Assembly (NCBI GenBank): GCA_963740085.1 | Contig: CAVUCU010000001.1 | Location: forward strand, 1,184,001-1,248,000 | From: Nitrospirota bacterium | Lineage (GTDB): Bacteria; Nitrospirota; UBA9217 | Reading direction: 5' to 3' | DNA length: 64,000 nucleotides | Shown: in pieces, positions 32,571 through 41,824 of the stretch | Position numbering within the stretch: position 1 is the first letter of the stretch | Layout of the letters: the number at the start of each line of letters is the position of its first letter | The notes under the pieces: model-generated | Database searches by the model: none | What the model saw: only the letters and a program-made list of their open reading frames with translations | Told to the model about the DNA's origin: nothing | Position numbers and translations under genes: made by a program

Positions 32571-33425
32571 TCAGGTCCTCAGTCGCACCCTGGCTTTTTT
32601 AATCAAGACGTCCGGCAGGTAGGATAATTTAAAGACCCGCAAATTCTCCTTATCAAGGTCCTGCTCGAGGTTCAGGTATTTATACTTTGGCGGCAGTATC
32701 TTTGCGAAGTTGTTGAACATGTATTGATAGACACCTTTGAATTTCGTCCGCGCCTTGGCAAAGTGCAGTACAAAAGTCTCCTCATTCAGTTCCTCGCCGA
32801 GTACGAACCCCGCGGGTTCATCGTCTGCGTAATAGATCCCGCCGCACAGAACCAGGTCCTCATACCGGTCAAGCGCCTCCCCGCAGGGACCGAAGTCCGT
32901 GTCATCGGCCTTCATCTCAGAGGTTGAGAGCCAGTCCTCCAGGATAAAACGCGCCTGGTCCAGCCGGTCATTGGTCAGGGGCAGCGCCTCGTGCTTGTAC
33001 GTTTCCGTGAACTGTTTCAGCAGGTTTCTCTTTTTGTGCAGGTGCCTTCCTTTCAGGAGGCTCATCTTTTCCACAGTGTATTCATAGTCTGCATCGCCTT
33101 CAGCAAAGGTCATCTCGAACTCACCGGGATCGAATGCGTGCAGCCACTCCTCGGGGACCGGGAAGAGGAAATCGACGGTCCGCATCATGTCCTTGAGATA
33201 GCCTATGTCCAACGACCGGACATCCACTGTCGGCATGATATAGGAGTGGCCGTCATAGGATGTTCCCTTGATAAAGATCTCCTTGTCTACGATCACCTCA
33301 TAGTCGTGGGTCTTGCGGAACAGATACAGGTTTGAGAAGGTGTACTCGGAGACCGGGAACGTAATGGAACGGAGCCGTTGATAGAGGAGGTCTTTGTGGG
33401 ACAGGCTTAATTTTTCTCCTTGCAT
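32571..33425 (-). CDS. DUF2156 / phosphatidylglycerol lysyltransferase-like GNAT domain protein
   Basis: SEYTFSNLY, DYEY, L.GR..HKKRN, HFAKA, GVYQY, NLEQDL, KLSY.P. Confidence 0.88.
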   Translation of the reverse strand: MQGEKLSLSHKDLLYQRLRSITFPVSEYTFSNLYLFRKTHDYEVIVDKEIFIKGTSYDGHSYIMPTVDVRSLDIGYLKDMMRTVDFLFPVPEEWLHAFDPGEFEMTFAEGDADYEYTVEKMSLLKGRHLHKKRNLLKQFTETYKHEALPLTNDRLDQARFILEDWLSTSEMKADDTDFGPCGEALDRYEDLVLCGGIYYADDEPAGFVLGEELNEETFVLHFAKARTKFKGVYQYMFNNFAKILPPKYKYLNLEQDLDKENLRVFKLSYLPDVLIKKARVRLRT

Positions 33426-33516
33426 ACTCCCACTATAATCAATTGCAGGATTTTGTCAAGATTCAAGAGAAGGTTGCTCGGTTGCTTTTCAACTTTGCCG
33501 GTGCTATCCTTTATCC

Positions 33517-34350
33517 ATGTACAAAAAGGTCCTGGCCGCAGTCAATGAACACCTGAACTCCGAGGTCTCCGCGCGCTATGCGCTCCATCTTGCGAAACAG
33601 GCGAAGGCCCGGATCATCTTCTGCTCCATTGCTTCGAACGGGCTTTCAGGCAAGGCATTCCAGGCGTCTGAGGAAGCGGTCCAGCGGTTGGCCCGCGCGG
33701 CGCATGAGCTTGGCGTGCAGGCCGACTGCGTGCTCGAGACCGGCGACCCGCTCGAACAGATCAAAAAGGTCGTTGCAACGGATAACATCAACCTTGTCTT
33801 CGCGGCAACGCGCCACGAAGACATTGAGAAGCGTTTTTATGCGCGTACCACGGCGCGACAACTCTCCCTCCACCTGTCCTGCTCGGTCGCGCTCGTGCGG
33901 GTCGTACACCTGGGCAGGGTGCACCCGAAGACCATCCTGGTCCCACTCAAGTCGCGTATGGACCACATCGCTGAGCGGGCCTCCTTCGCGGCACTTATGG
34001 CCGGCTCCTTTGACTCCCGTCTCTCTCTCTTCCATACCACCAGACCCATGATGCGGTTCTTCCACGGCGAGATCCACCTGACACCCGTGGAATGGGAAGC
34101 CAGGCTCCCGGCGGACATCGCTCGATTCGTCGAACAGTTGGATCGCTACGACATCAGCCACGAAAAAAAACTCACTCCGGGTGTTGCCGGGCGGACTATT
34201 ACCATCGAGGCGACCGCAAAGCGGCACGACCTGATCATCATGGGCGCAAGCGAGCGCAGTCTCCTGAATTCAATCCTCCGGGGAAATCCCGTGGAACGGG
34301 TGCTGCGAGATACGACTTGCGATTTGATCATCCTGAAGCCGAGGCAGTGA
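33517..34350 (+). CDS. Universal stress protein (tandem USP domains)
   Basis: MYKKVLAAV, ILVP, DLIIMGA, G.PVERVLR...CD. Confidence 0.9.
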   Translation: MYKKVLAAVNEHLNSEVSARYALHLAKQAKARIIFCSIASNGLSGKAFQASEEAVQRLARAAHELGVQADCVLETGDPLEQIKKVVATDNINLVFAATRHEDIEKRFYARTTARQLSLHLSCSVALVRVVHLGRVHPKTILVPLKSRMDHIAERASFAALMAGSFDSRLSLFHTTRPMMRFFHGEIHLTPVEWEARLPADIARFVEQLDRYDISHEKKLTPGVAGRTITIEATAKRHDLIIMGASERSLLNSILRGNPVERVLRDTTCDLIILKPRQ

Positions 34351-34498
34351 AACGGTCCGCCATGGAGTCATGGGAAAAAAGAAGCACGATGAGGGAAGAG
34401 GGGCAAACGATGCGAGACGCGGGAAAACGAACCGACGTCCATCATCCTTCAATCCTCTCTGCAACGTGCTCTCCGCGCCTCTGTGCCTCCACGGTTAA
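34351..34498. repeat. Composite intergenic palindrome (7-mer hairpin inside 9-mer-family arms)
   Basis: cgatgag-ggaagag...agacgcg pairs loosely with cgtccat-catcctt-caatcct; outer right arm ctccgcgcctctgtgcctccacggttaa. Confidence 0.5.
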
Positions 34499-34519
34499 CA
34501 TTCGCGCCTTCAGTGTCAT

Positions 34520-37204
34520 ATGAAGATCAGCAGCCTTACAACCGATGAAGTCTGCCGTACTCTCGTCACTTCGGAGCAGGGGCTTTCCGAAGAGGAAGCC
34601 GCATGGCGACTGAGCGAGTTCGGCCCCAACGAGATCACGGAGGTCAAAAAAAGACATCTCGTGGTCAGGCTCCTGGGCCAGTTCACACACTTCCTCGCAA
34701 TACTGCTCTGGCTGGCGGCCTTTTTGTCGTTCCTCTCGGAATATCTCCACCCCGGCGAAGGCATGTTTACGCTCGGACTGGCCATCGTCACCGTCATCGT
34801 CATTAACGCTGTCTTCACCTTCATCCAGGAGTACCGCGCCGAGAAGGCGCTTGAGGAGCTTAAAAAACTATTGCCGTTCTTCGTAAAGGTCATCCGGGAG
34901 GGAAAAGAGCGGGAGATTTATGCACGTGAGGTCGTGCCCGGCGATGTTACCCTGTTTTCCGAAGGGGACAAAATACCTGCGGACGCGAGGCTCATCGAAA
35001 CAGCAGGACTCAAGGTGAACCATGCGTCGCTCACCGGCGAGTCCGAGCCACTCCTGAGGAATCACGGCCCTTGTTTAGGAGAACTCGTCGACAGTCCCAA
35101 TATCGCGTTTGCCGGCACCACGGTCATCAGCGGCTCCGGCAAAGCTGTCGTTTTCGCCACCGGCATGAAGACGGAATTCGGCCGTATAGCCCATCTGACC
35201 AGTGCTGTCGAGGCGGGGCTCAGTCCGCTCCAGAAAGAGATCGTGAAGGCGAGCCGTGTCGTCGCGGTCATTGCCGGAATAGTCGGCTTGTTCTTCTTAA
35301 TCCTCGGCTTCGTCATCGGTCGAACGTTCTGGGACAACTTCATTTTCGCCATCGGCATCACCGTGGCCCTCATTCCCGAGGGCTTGTTGCCAACCGTCAC
35401 GCTCGCGCTCGCCATGGGCAGCCAGCGTCTGGCAAAACGGAAGGCGCTCGTGAAAACCCTCACGTCCGTCGAGACACTGGGGTCTGTCACCGTGATCTGC
35501 ACGGACAAGACGGGCACGCTCACGCAGAACAGGATGGCGGTTGCAAAGCTCTGGGTCAGTGAGGAAATCGTCGATCCGGGGGCGGTCATGACCGGGGAGA
35601 CATCGCGTCTTCTCTGCACCACGGCAGCCCTCTGCAACAACGCGCGCCTGGTTGACAACGAGTACCGCGGCGATCCGACCGAAACAGCGCTGCTCAAGGC
35701 TGTGCATGAATCTCTCGGCAATATCCCGGCAAGGCGTATGTTTGAAATTCCTTTTGATGCCGAACGGAAGATGATGACGACCATCCATGCGATGGACACA
35801 GGAAGCGCGGCCTTCTCCAAGGGCGCCATGGAAAATCTCCTTCCCCTGTGCAGCCACATCAGCATCAATGGAGAGCGCAGATCGCTTGATGGTCCCGGTC
35901 GGGACGATGTCATCCATGCCTATCATGCACTCATGGATATGGGCCTCCGGGTGCTGGCCTTTGCCACCAAGGATATTGACAATCTTACTTCCTCCCGCCT
36001 CGCAGGGCAGAGCGGGGTGGAGGGGTCTCCCGCTGAGATCGAGAAGGACATGACATTCCTTGGACTTATCGGACTTCAGGACCCGCCTCGGCCCGAGGTC
36101 CCCGAGGCCATCAGGAAGTGCCAAAACGCGGGGGTCCGCATCATCATGATCACCGGAGATGGCAGCAGGACTGCCCTCGCCATTGCAAAACAGATCGGGC
36201 TTGTTCAGGGCACGGCATTGATCATCGAAGGTCACGCATTTAATCAGATGACCGACCGGGAACTGACCAAAAAACTTTCCGCTCCTGAAATTATTTTTGC
36301 CCGCATGACGCCGAAGCACAAGATGCGCGTCGTGTCCGCCCTGAAGGATATGGATGAGGTCGTGGCCGTGACCGGAGACGGCGTGAACGACTCGCCCGCG
36401 CTCAAGAAGGCTGACATCGGGATCTCCATGGGCATCATCGGAACCGATGTGGCGAAAGAGGCCTCCGACATGGTTCTGCTCGATGATAATTTCGCCACAA
36501 TCGTGAACGCGGTTGAGGAAGGCCGTACCGTATACGAGAACATCAAGAAGTTCATGACCTACATCTTTGCGTCGAACATTCCCGAGGCCGTTCCTTACCT
36601 TGCCTATATACTGTTCAGGATCCCTCTCCCGCTCACCATCCTTCAGATACTCGCTGTCGACCTCGGCACGGACATGCTTCCGGCTCTGGCGCTCGGGTCG
36701 GAGAAGCCCACGCCCGGTATTATGAAACAGCCGCCCAGAAAATTAAACGAGCGGTTGCTGAATTTCTCCTTGATCGCCCGCGCATATCTGTTCCTCGGTC
36801 CGCTCGAAGCAGCCGCCTGCATGTTCGGGTTCTTCTGGGTGCTTAAAACGGGTGGCTGGACTTTGGGCGTCTTGCTCCCTGCTTCGGACGTTCTGTATAT
36901 GCAGGCCACGACAGCCTGTCTGACCGCTATCATCGTTACGCAGATCGCCAATGTCTTCGCGTGCCGCTCTCCGAGGGAATCCCTGTTCAGCATTGATTTC
37001 TTTTCGAACAGGCTCATCTTTGCCGGCATCGCGGTCGAGCTCCTGCTTCAGCTCTTCATTGTGTACCATCCCTTTGGAAACGAAATATTCTCGACCATGC
37101 CGCTCTCGTGGCGCACGTGGCTCATGCTCGTCCCCTTCGCTGTCCTGTTATTGGTAGCCGAGGAGGTGAGAAAGCTCATCGCAAAGAAGATCCCTTCCGG
37201 TTGA
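34520..37204 (+). CDS. Cation-transporting P-type ATPase, type II (Na,K-ATPase-like TM motifs)
   Basis: TGES, IPEGL, DKTGTLT, TGDGVND, SNIPE, DLGTD. Confidence 0.95.
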   Translation: MKISSLTTDEVCRTLVTSEQGLSEEEAAWRLSEFGPNEITEVKKRHLVVRLLGQFTHFLAILLWLAAFLSFLSEYLHPGEGMFTLGLAIVTVIVINAVFTFIQEYRAEKALEELKKLLPFFVKVIREGKEREIYAREVVPGDVTLFSEGDKIPADARLIETAGLKVNHASLTGESEPLLRNHGPCLGELVDSPNIAFAGTTVISGSGKAVVFATGMKTEFGRIAHLTSAVEAGLSPLQKEIVKASRVVAVIAGIVGLFFLILGFVIGRTFWDNFIFAIGITVALIPEGLLPTVTLALAMGSQRLAKRKALVKTLTSVETLGSVTVICTDKTGTLTQNRMAVAKLWVSEEIVDPGAVMTGETSRLLCTTAALCNNARLVDNEYRGDPTETALLKAVHESLGNIPARRMFEIPFDAERKMMTTIHAMDTGSAAFSKGAMENLLPLCSHISINGERRSLDGPGRDDVIHAYHALMDMGLRVLAFATKDIDNLTSSRLAGQSGVEGSPAEIEKDMTFLGLIGLQDPPRPEVPEAIRKCQNAGVRIIMITGDGSRTALAIAKQIGLVQGTALIIEGHAFNQMTDRELTKKLSAPEIIFARMTPKHKMRVVSALKDMDEVVAVTGDGVNDSPALKKADIGISMGIIGTDVAKEASDMVLLDDNFATIVNAVEEGRTVYENIKKFMTYIFASNIPEAVPYLAYILFRIPLPLTILQILAVDLGTDMLPALALGSEKPTPGIMKQPPRKLNERLLNFSLIARAYLFLGPLEAAACMFGFFWVLKTGGWTLGVLLPASDVLYMQATTACLTAIIVTQIANVFACRSPRESLFSIDFFSNRLIFAGIAVELLLQLFIVYHPFGNEIFSTMPLSWRTWLMLVPFAVLLLVAEEVRKLIAKKIPSG

Positions 37205-37438
37205 ACCAGTCTGTCATGGCGATCCTTCGGCCATCTCCCCTTTCGTTAATTATGCTATACTATTAAGTAAGCGCCATGTTCATGAAAATCTTCAGTGCTT
37301 TGATCCGATAAATTGAACTCATCATGTTCAGTTGTTCCCGAATGCCGCTAACGCGAAGCCGGTTTTGGAAAATGACCGGAAAAAAACCATCTCCCCAGGA
37401 CCGTCGTTCCGGGAGGACAAATTAAAAAGGGGGGTCGT

Positions 37439-38221
37439 ATGCTTGTAATTGCGGACAATCTGAGTGTAAGGAACAAGACCTATATGGAAGCGGTGAAGAA
37501 GAAGGACAAGAAGGCCATCGGTGCAATGGCGAAAAAACTTGCGGCAAAAGGCGCGGATATGATCAATGTACAGGTCTCGCTGGACGGTGTCGGCGACGAG
37601 AACGCCCTCCCGATGGCGACCGAGGCCGTGCAGCAGGGCTCGAATCTGCCCCTTTGCCTCGACTCTAGGAATGTGGGGGCGCTCAAAAAGGCCGTCCCTC
37701 TCTGCACGGAACCGCCGATCATCAATTATCTTTCCGCGGATGAGAAGGACCCCGATGAACTCCTGAGCCTTGTCCGTGAGACGAGATCGAACATCGTCAT
37801 CAGGGCGCTCAAGGGCACCGTACCCGCCACGCTCGAGGCAAAGCTCATGGTCATCGAGGACCTGATCGAAAAAGCGAACGAGGCGGACATCCCGAACGAA
37901 CGGATCTTCGCCGACCCTTCAGTGGTGCACATCGCCAGGGGCAATGGGCAGGAGCATCTTCTCAATACCCATGAAAGCATCGTAGTATTGAACGAGATGG
38001 TCGACCCGCCGCTCAACACGGCGGTCTGGATCTCGAACGTGACGACGGGACTGCCCAAGAACTTGAAATCGACCGTGGCCTCGGCGTATCTTGCCTATCT
38101 TGCAGGTGCGGGGTTGAGCGCGGCAATGCTGGATGTAAACGATGCGGAGCTTATGAAGACGGTATACCTGATCAAGGCGTTCCGCGACGAGATCACGTTC
38201 GCGGCAGGGGACCTGACATAG
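37439..38221 (+). CDS. Pterin-binding TIM barrel, methyltetrahydrofolate:corrinoid methyltransferase (AcsE)-like
   Basis: GADMINV, LCLDS, IINY, FADP, ISNVT.G, AGLSAAM.D. Confidence 0.75.
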   Translation: MLVIADNLSVRNKTYMEAVKKKDKKAIGAMAKKLAAKGADMINVQVSLDGVGDENALPMATEAVQQGSNLPLCLDSRNVGALKKAVPLCTEPPIINYLSADEKDPDELLSLVRETRSNIVIRALKGTVPATLEAKLMVIEDLIEKANEADIPNERIFADPSVVHIARGNGQEHLLNTHESIVVLNEMVDPPLNTAVWISNVTTGLPKNLKSTVASAYLAYLAGAGLSAAMLDVNDAELMKTVYLIKAFRDEITFAAGDLT

Positions 38222-38339
38222 GCATTTTGATAAGCTGACAGATCATAACGACGGTGGAGCGATGCATGCTCCACCGTTTCTTGCATTTGCTTTATGGTAC
38301 CCTAACTAGGACAAGCCGGGGCCGACCATGTGGTGACCA

Positions 38340-39020
38340 TCAGCGAGGCAGGTGTTTCCGGAGTATTTCCGAATAAGGGCTTGATACTTCCTTTTGCACC
38401 AGGATCTGTATGGGCCGTACCTCTTTCCCGTAATAGACCTTGTTGAGGTCGTCGGCGGTCTTGATCACCGAACCTTCAAAGCTCAGCCCGGCGTATAAGC
38501 CCTTGGCCTTTGTAAAGGAAATAAAATCCGCGGTCACGATCTTTTTCATCCCCACCCCCGTGGGCCCGACAGCAACAGATACGTCCCCGCCGAGTTTGAA
38601 CGAGGACGCAAGAACAGAGTCAACGGCCTTTCGGCTCATGGCGAGCATGACCACTTCAGCGCTCTCCGCGCCGATCTGCAAACCGAACGAAACGGACCCC
38701 ACGATGTAGAATGCCGGTTGGCTCCATTCATTCGACTTCTCATCACGGATCACGAGCACGCCGGTGCCGCCCGACCCGCCCCACACGTATCCCGCCTTCA
38801 GCACCTCGGGTATGATCAGAACTCCTTTGGCCTTCGCCAGATGCTCTCGGAACAGCGGAAAGTCCTTATCCGCCATGAATTTATCCAGGGTCATCCCGGC
38901 CCGTCGCACAATTTCCCGAGCGTCAGCGGCTGTATCTGTTGCCATGGCTGACGCGGCTGGAATCAGTACGAGCCCTATCATGACGGCCGAGGTGAAAAGA
39001 GTGAACCCAAAGCGTTTCAT
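38340..39020 (-). CDS. SYLF / Ysc84-like lipid-binding protein, secreted
   Basis: Signal peptide; AKGVLIIP, KAG..GGSGGTG, WSQPAF, GLQIG, KGLYAG. Confidence 0.9.
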   Translation of the reverse strand: MKRFGFTLFTSAVMIGLVLIPAASAMATDTAADAREIVRRAGMTLDKFMADKDFPLFREHLAKAKGVLIIPEVLKAGYVWGGSGGTGVLVIRDEKSNEWSQPAFYIVGSVSFGLQIGAESAEVVMLAMSRKAVDSVLASSFKLGGDVSVAVGPTGVGMKKIVTADFISFTKAKGLYAGLSFEGSVIKTADDLNKVYYGKEVRPIQILVQKEVSSPYSEILRKHLPR

Positions 39021-39161
39021 TTTATCCCTCCTTCGCTCCAATAATTGATCATTGTAGATAGTATAACACGAAGATGAGCAAGTTAAGCTTTGGGGTAAGA
39101 TTAGAAAGGTACGTTAGCTGGATGCATCTGCTCGCAAACAGAAGTAGCCGACCGGACAGGT

Positions 39162-40178
39162 CTATTTGGAGACGTTCGAATATTCCTTCTGCACTTCCGG
39201 GATGAGCTGCTTGTAATCCTCATAGGGTATCTTTGAATGCCAGTTGTCGGTAAGAACGCCGATGCCGATCACCAGATAGAACAGCACGATCAATATAACG
39301 GGGAAAAACCAGGGTCGAACGATATGGACTTTTTTACCAAAGCTGGCAGTGAGATCGAGCGCGCCTTCAGCAGGGCAGCGGCTCACGCAGGTCAGGCACC
39401 CGAAACATTCCTCGGACTTCACCACCTCTTTTTTTTCCACATCGATCAACGTGGGGCAGTTCTTCGTACAGGCGTGGCAGTGGATGCACTTCTCTTCGTT
39501 CCGCCGTACCTTGAACGGGCTGAACCGGCTGAGCAAACCGAGGAGCGCGCCGTAGGGGCAAAGATAGCGGCACCAGAAGTTCTTGTACAACAGGGAGAGC
39601 ACGCCCAGAGCAATGAGGACCCCCATCGTGAGCGTGGTCATCGCGGTGAAGAACTTCAACATCCGCACGTCCACGATCTTGTAGTAGTCGGCGATAAAGA
39701 ACAGGGCCATCATGTTCACCGGCATGGCAATGCCGATCAGGAACAGGAAGAGACCAAGGAGGACATACTTGATCGACCGGAGCGAGATGTCAGTGAAGGG
39801 ACCGATGCGGAAGTTCCTGCCGAACACCTTCTCCCCCGCCATCCAGATATACTGAGACAGCGTGCCGACGGGGCAGATCCAGCCGCAGAAGCCCTTTTTC
39901 ATGACCAGGGAGACGCCAAGGATCGCCGCGAACATGATGAATCCGGACGGATGCGCCGGTTCAACAATGCCGGTCAGGAGGAAGAACTTGAAGTCCATGA
40001 GCCCGCCGATGACCAGGAAGCCGTCCACCGACGGCGGCCTCTGGACGAACGGCTGACCAACGACCTCAAAATGCAGGACGAATTGATAAAACCGGTAGCC
40101 GATAAAGAGTGTAAGCAGAAAAAACGCGGCCTGTACCGAATACCGCAGGATGCGAAGGTATGTTTTCTCAGCGTTCAT
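39162..40178 (-). CDS. Membrane 4Fe-4S binding protein (YccM/NapH-like)
   Basis: FCGWICPVG, WCRYLCPYG and two CxxCxxCxxxCP motifs. Confidence 0.9.
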   Translation of the reverse strand: MNAEKTYLRILRYSVQAAFFLLTLFIGYRFYQFVLHFEVVGQPFVQRPPSVDGFLVIGGLMDFKFFLLTGIVEPAHPSGFIMFAAILGVSLVMKKGFCGWICPVGTLSQYIWMAGEKVFGRNFRIGPFTDISLRSIKYVLLGLFLFLIGIAMPVNMMALFFIADYYKIVDVRMLKFFTAMTTLTMGVLIALGVLSLLYKNFWCRYLCPYGALLGLLSRFSPFKVRRNEEKCIHCHACTKNCPTLIDVEKKEVVKSEECFGCLTCVSRCPAEGALDLTASFGKKVHIVRPWFFPVILIVLFYLVIGIGVLTDNWHSKIPYEDYKQLIPEVQKEYSNVSK

Positions 40179-40398
40179 TGATTAAGCGTACCCGATAATC
40201 CATAACATTGGTATGACGATAATCATACCACGGTAAAGACGAGAAATATATGCCCGCTCGACGATATTCTGGGGTTCCCGCACATGCACTGGGAAACGAG
40301 ATCGTCGAAAAGAACATGACGAACGGCAAAATACGTGTGGAAGATCAAGAAAACGGCCGATGTTGCTGTTGCTCAATCTCGGTGAAGAGAGGTCATTT

Positions 40399-40596
40399 AT
40401 GAAAAGCTCGTTCTGGGTCGTGGTGGTTATCGTGATAGGATTTCTGGGATTCCTCACCGGCTACAGCCTGCGACAATATCGCACAATACGGCACCGTGTC
40501 CGCAGACCTCGGGGACTTTACGTACCAGGGCGCTGCATTCATTCCCTATTCCATGAAACGCGAGGACATAACGCGGCTCCGGCAGATCACCTTTAA
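40399..40596 (+). other. Small ORF with one N-terminal TM; possibly a truncated gene remnant
   Basis: GAGAGG RBS, MKSSFWVVVVIVIGFLGFLTGYSL, followed by a tail that does not look protein-like. Confidence 0.35.
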
Positions 40597-40747
40597 AAAA
40601 ATTCTACTCGCGGCCGCGCTTTCTGGCCCGGAGGGTCCTGGGCATAAGGAGCCTTCATGACATCCGTGCCGCATTTACCGGTTTTAAAAGCCTGTTCTGG
40701 GTATGGATCAAGCGGGATCTGTTCCGGCGGGGCGAGGCGTAAGCAGG

Positions 40748-41824
40748 TCAGAGTCCGGCGTATTCCCTGATCAGAGCGGGGTACAGCGCGGGATTGAACA
40801 GTATGTTCATCATCATGTAGCACTCGTGGGTACAGTAACAACCGCTGTGCTGTACAGAGTGAAGCGCTTTTCGCGCTTCACTCCCGGCTAACAGCTTCTT
40901 CACATCACCGTCCCAGTCACGAACATTCCCCAGCTTCCACGTAAACGATTCACAGGGGTAAAGGTCGCCCGCTTCCGTCAGGACCAGGGTCAGCTTGCCC
41001 GCATAACAGGGGACCAGCCGTCTTTTTTTCTGCATCGTATCGTGGATCAAGCGCCTTTGAAGGATGTCTTGGGCGGCTTTAAGCCGCGCGCCCTGGAACC
41101 GGTATCCGGCGAAGGGACGCGCTTTCAGGTCCGATTCAAGCGTCTCAATGGTCCGGCGATAGGCATTCAGGTCAACGTGCTTCAACCCTTCATCCCCAAC
41201 ATCACCCCTCACGAGCGAGACCGTGTGGACCCGTATCCCCTCAAGACCCTTGACGAACGTTAAGAGTTCATCAATGTGTCCCTGGTTTGCAGAACAGAAG
41301 ACGGTATTGATCCCGAGCTCGAAATTCCGGTATCGGTCGAGAAGGGGCCGAAGCTTTTCATAGGTTTCAAGGGTCTTCTGAAATGCTCCCGGTACTCCCC
41401 GCAGTTTATCGTGAACCTCCTCAAATCCGTCGAGAGAGAGCTTCACCGCTACTGTGCTTTTTTGAGAATGCTGCAGGATCGATTCGGTTTGTTCCGCTAT
41501 TCTGTCGGGCAGCAGGCCGTTCGTGGGCAACAGGATGATGGCGGGCTTATTGTTCTCATAGAAGACCCTCGTGATCTCAACGAGGTCCTCCCTGAGGAAT
41601 ATCTCCCCTCCGGAGAACGCGAGCCAGAGCAGCCTGCCAAGCGAGGCCGACACCTTCCGGATCTCGTCGAGAGTAAGCTCCGGTGCGGGAGGGGCTGCCG
41701 TCCGAGAGAGGTAAAAGCAGAAAGGACAGTGAGCGTTGCACTTCCGGGTCAGGAAGAAGGTGAACTGGATCGGGTCATGCTTCCAGACCACGGAGCCTAT
41801 ATGTCGAAGAGGGCTATAGTTCAT
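40748..41824 (-). CDS. Radical SAM protein with SPASM/twitch-like C-terminus
   Basis: CNAHCPFC, SGGE, TNG, SLDG, CYAG...YPCE...CYCTHEC; ATGA overlap with the upstream GT2. Confidence 0.92.
   Translation of the reverse strand: MNYSPLRHIGSVVWKHDPIQFTFFLTRKCNAHCPFCFYLSRTAAPPAPELTLDEIRKVSASLGRLLWLAFSGGEIFLREDLVEITRVFYENNKPAIILLPTNGLLPDRIAEQTESILQHSQKSTVAVKLSLDGFEEVHDKLRGVPGAFQKTLETYEKLRPLLDRYRNFELGINTVFCSANQGHIDELLTFVKGLEGIRVHTVSLVRGDVGDEGLKHVDLNAYRRTIETLESDLKARPFAGYRFQGARLKAAQDILQRRLIHDTMQKKRRLVPCYAGKLTLVLTEAGDLYPCESFTWKLGNVRDWDGDVKKLLAGSEARKALHSVQHSGCYCTHECYMMMNILFNPALYPALIREYAGL

Noticed and set aside
37310-37438. Possible folate- or ZTP-type riboswitch before the AcsE-like gene
   Set aside because: Two hairpins are present, but I could not match consensus aptamer motifs; needs an Rfam scan
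40209-40230. TGGTATGA-N6-TCATACCA palindrome upstream of the 4Fe-4S gene
   Set aside because: Could be an operator, but it is a single copy with no cognate regulator nearby
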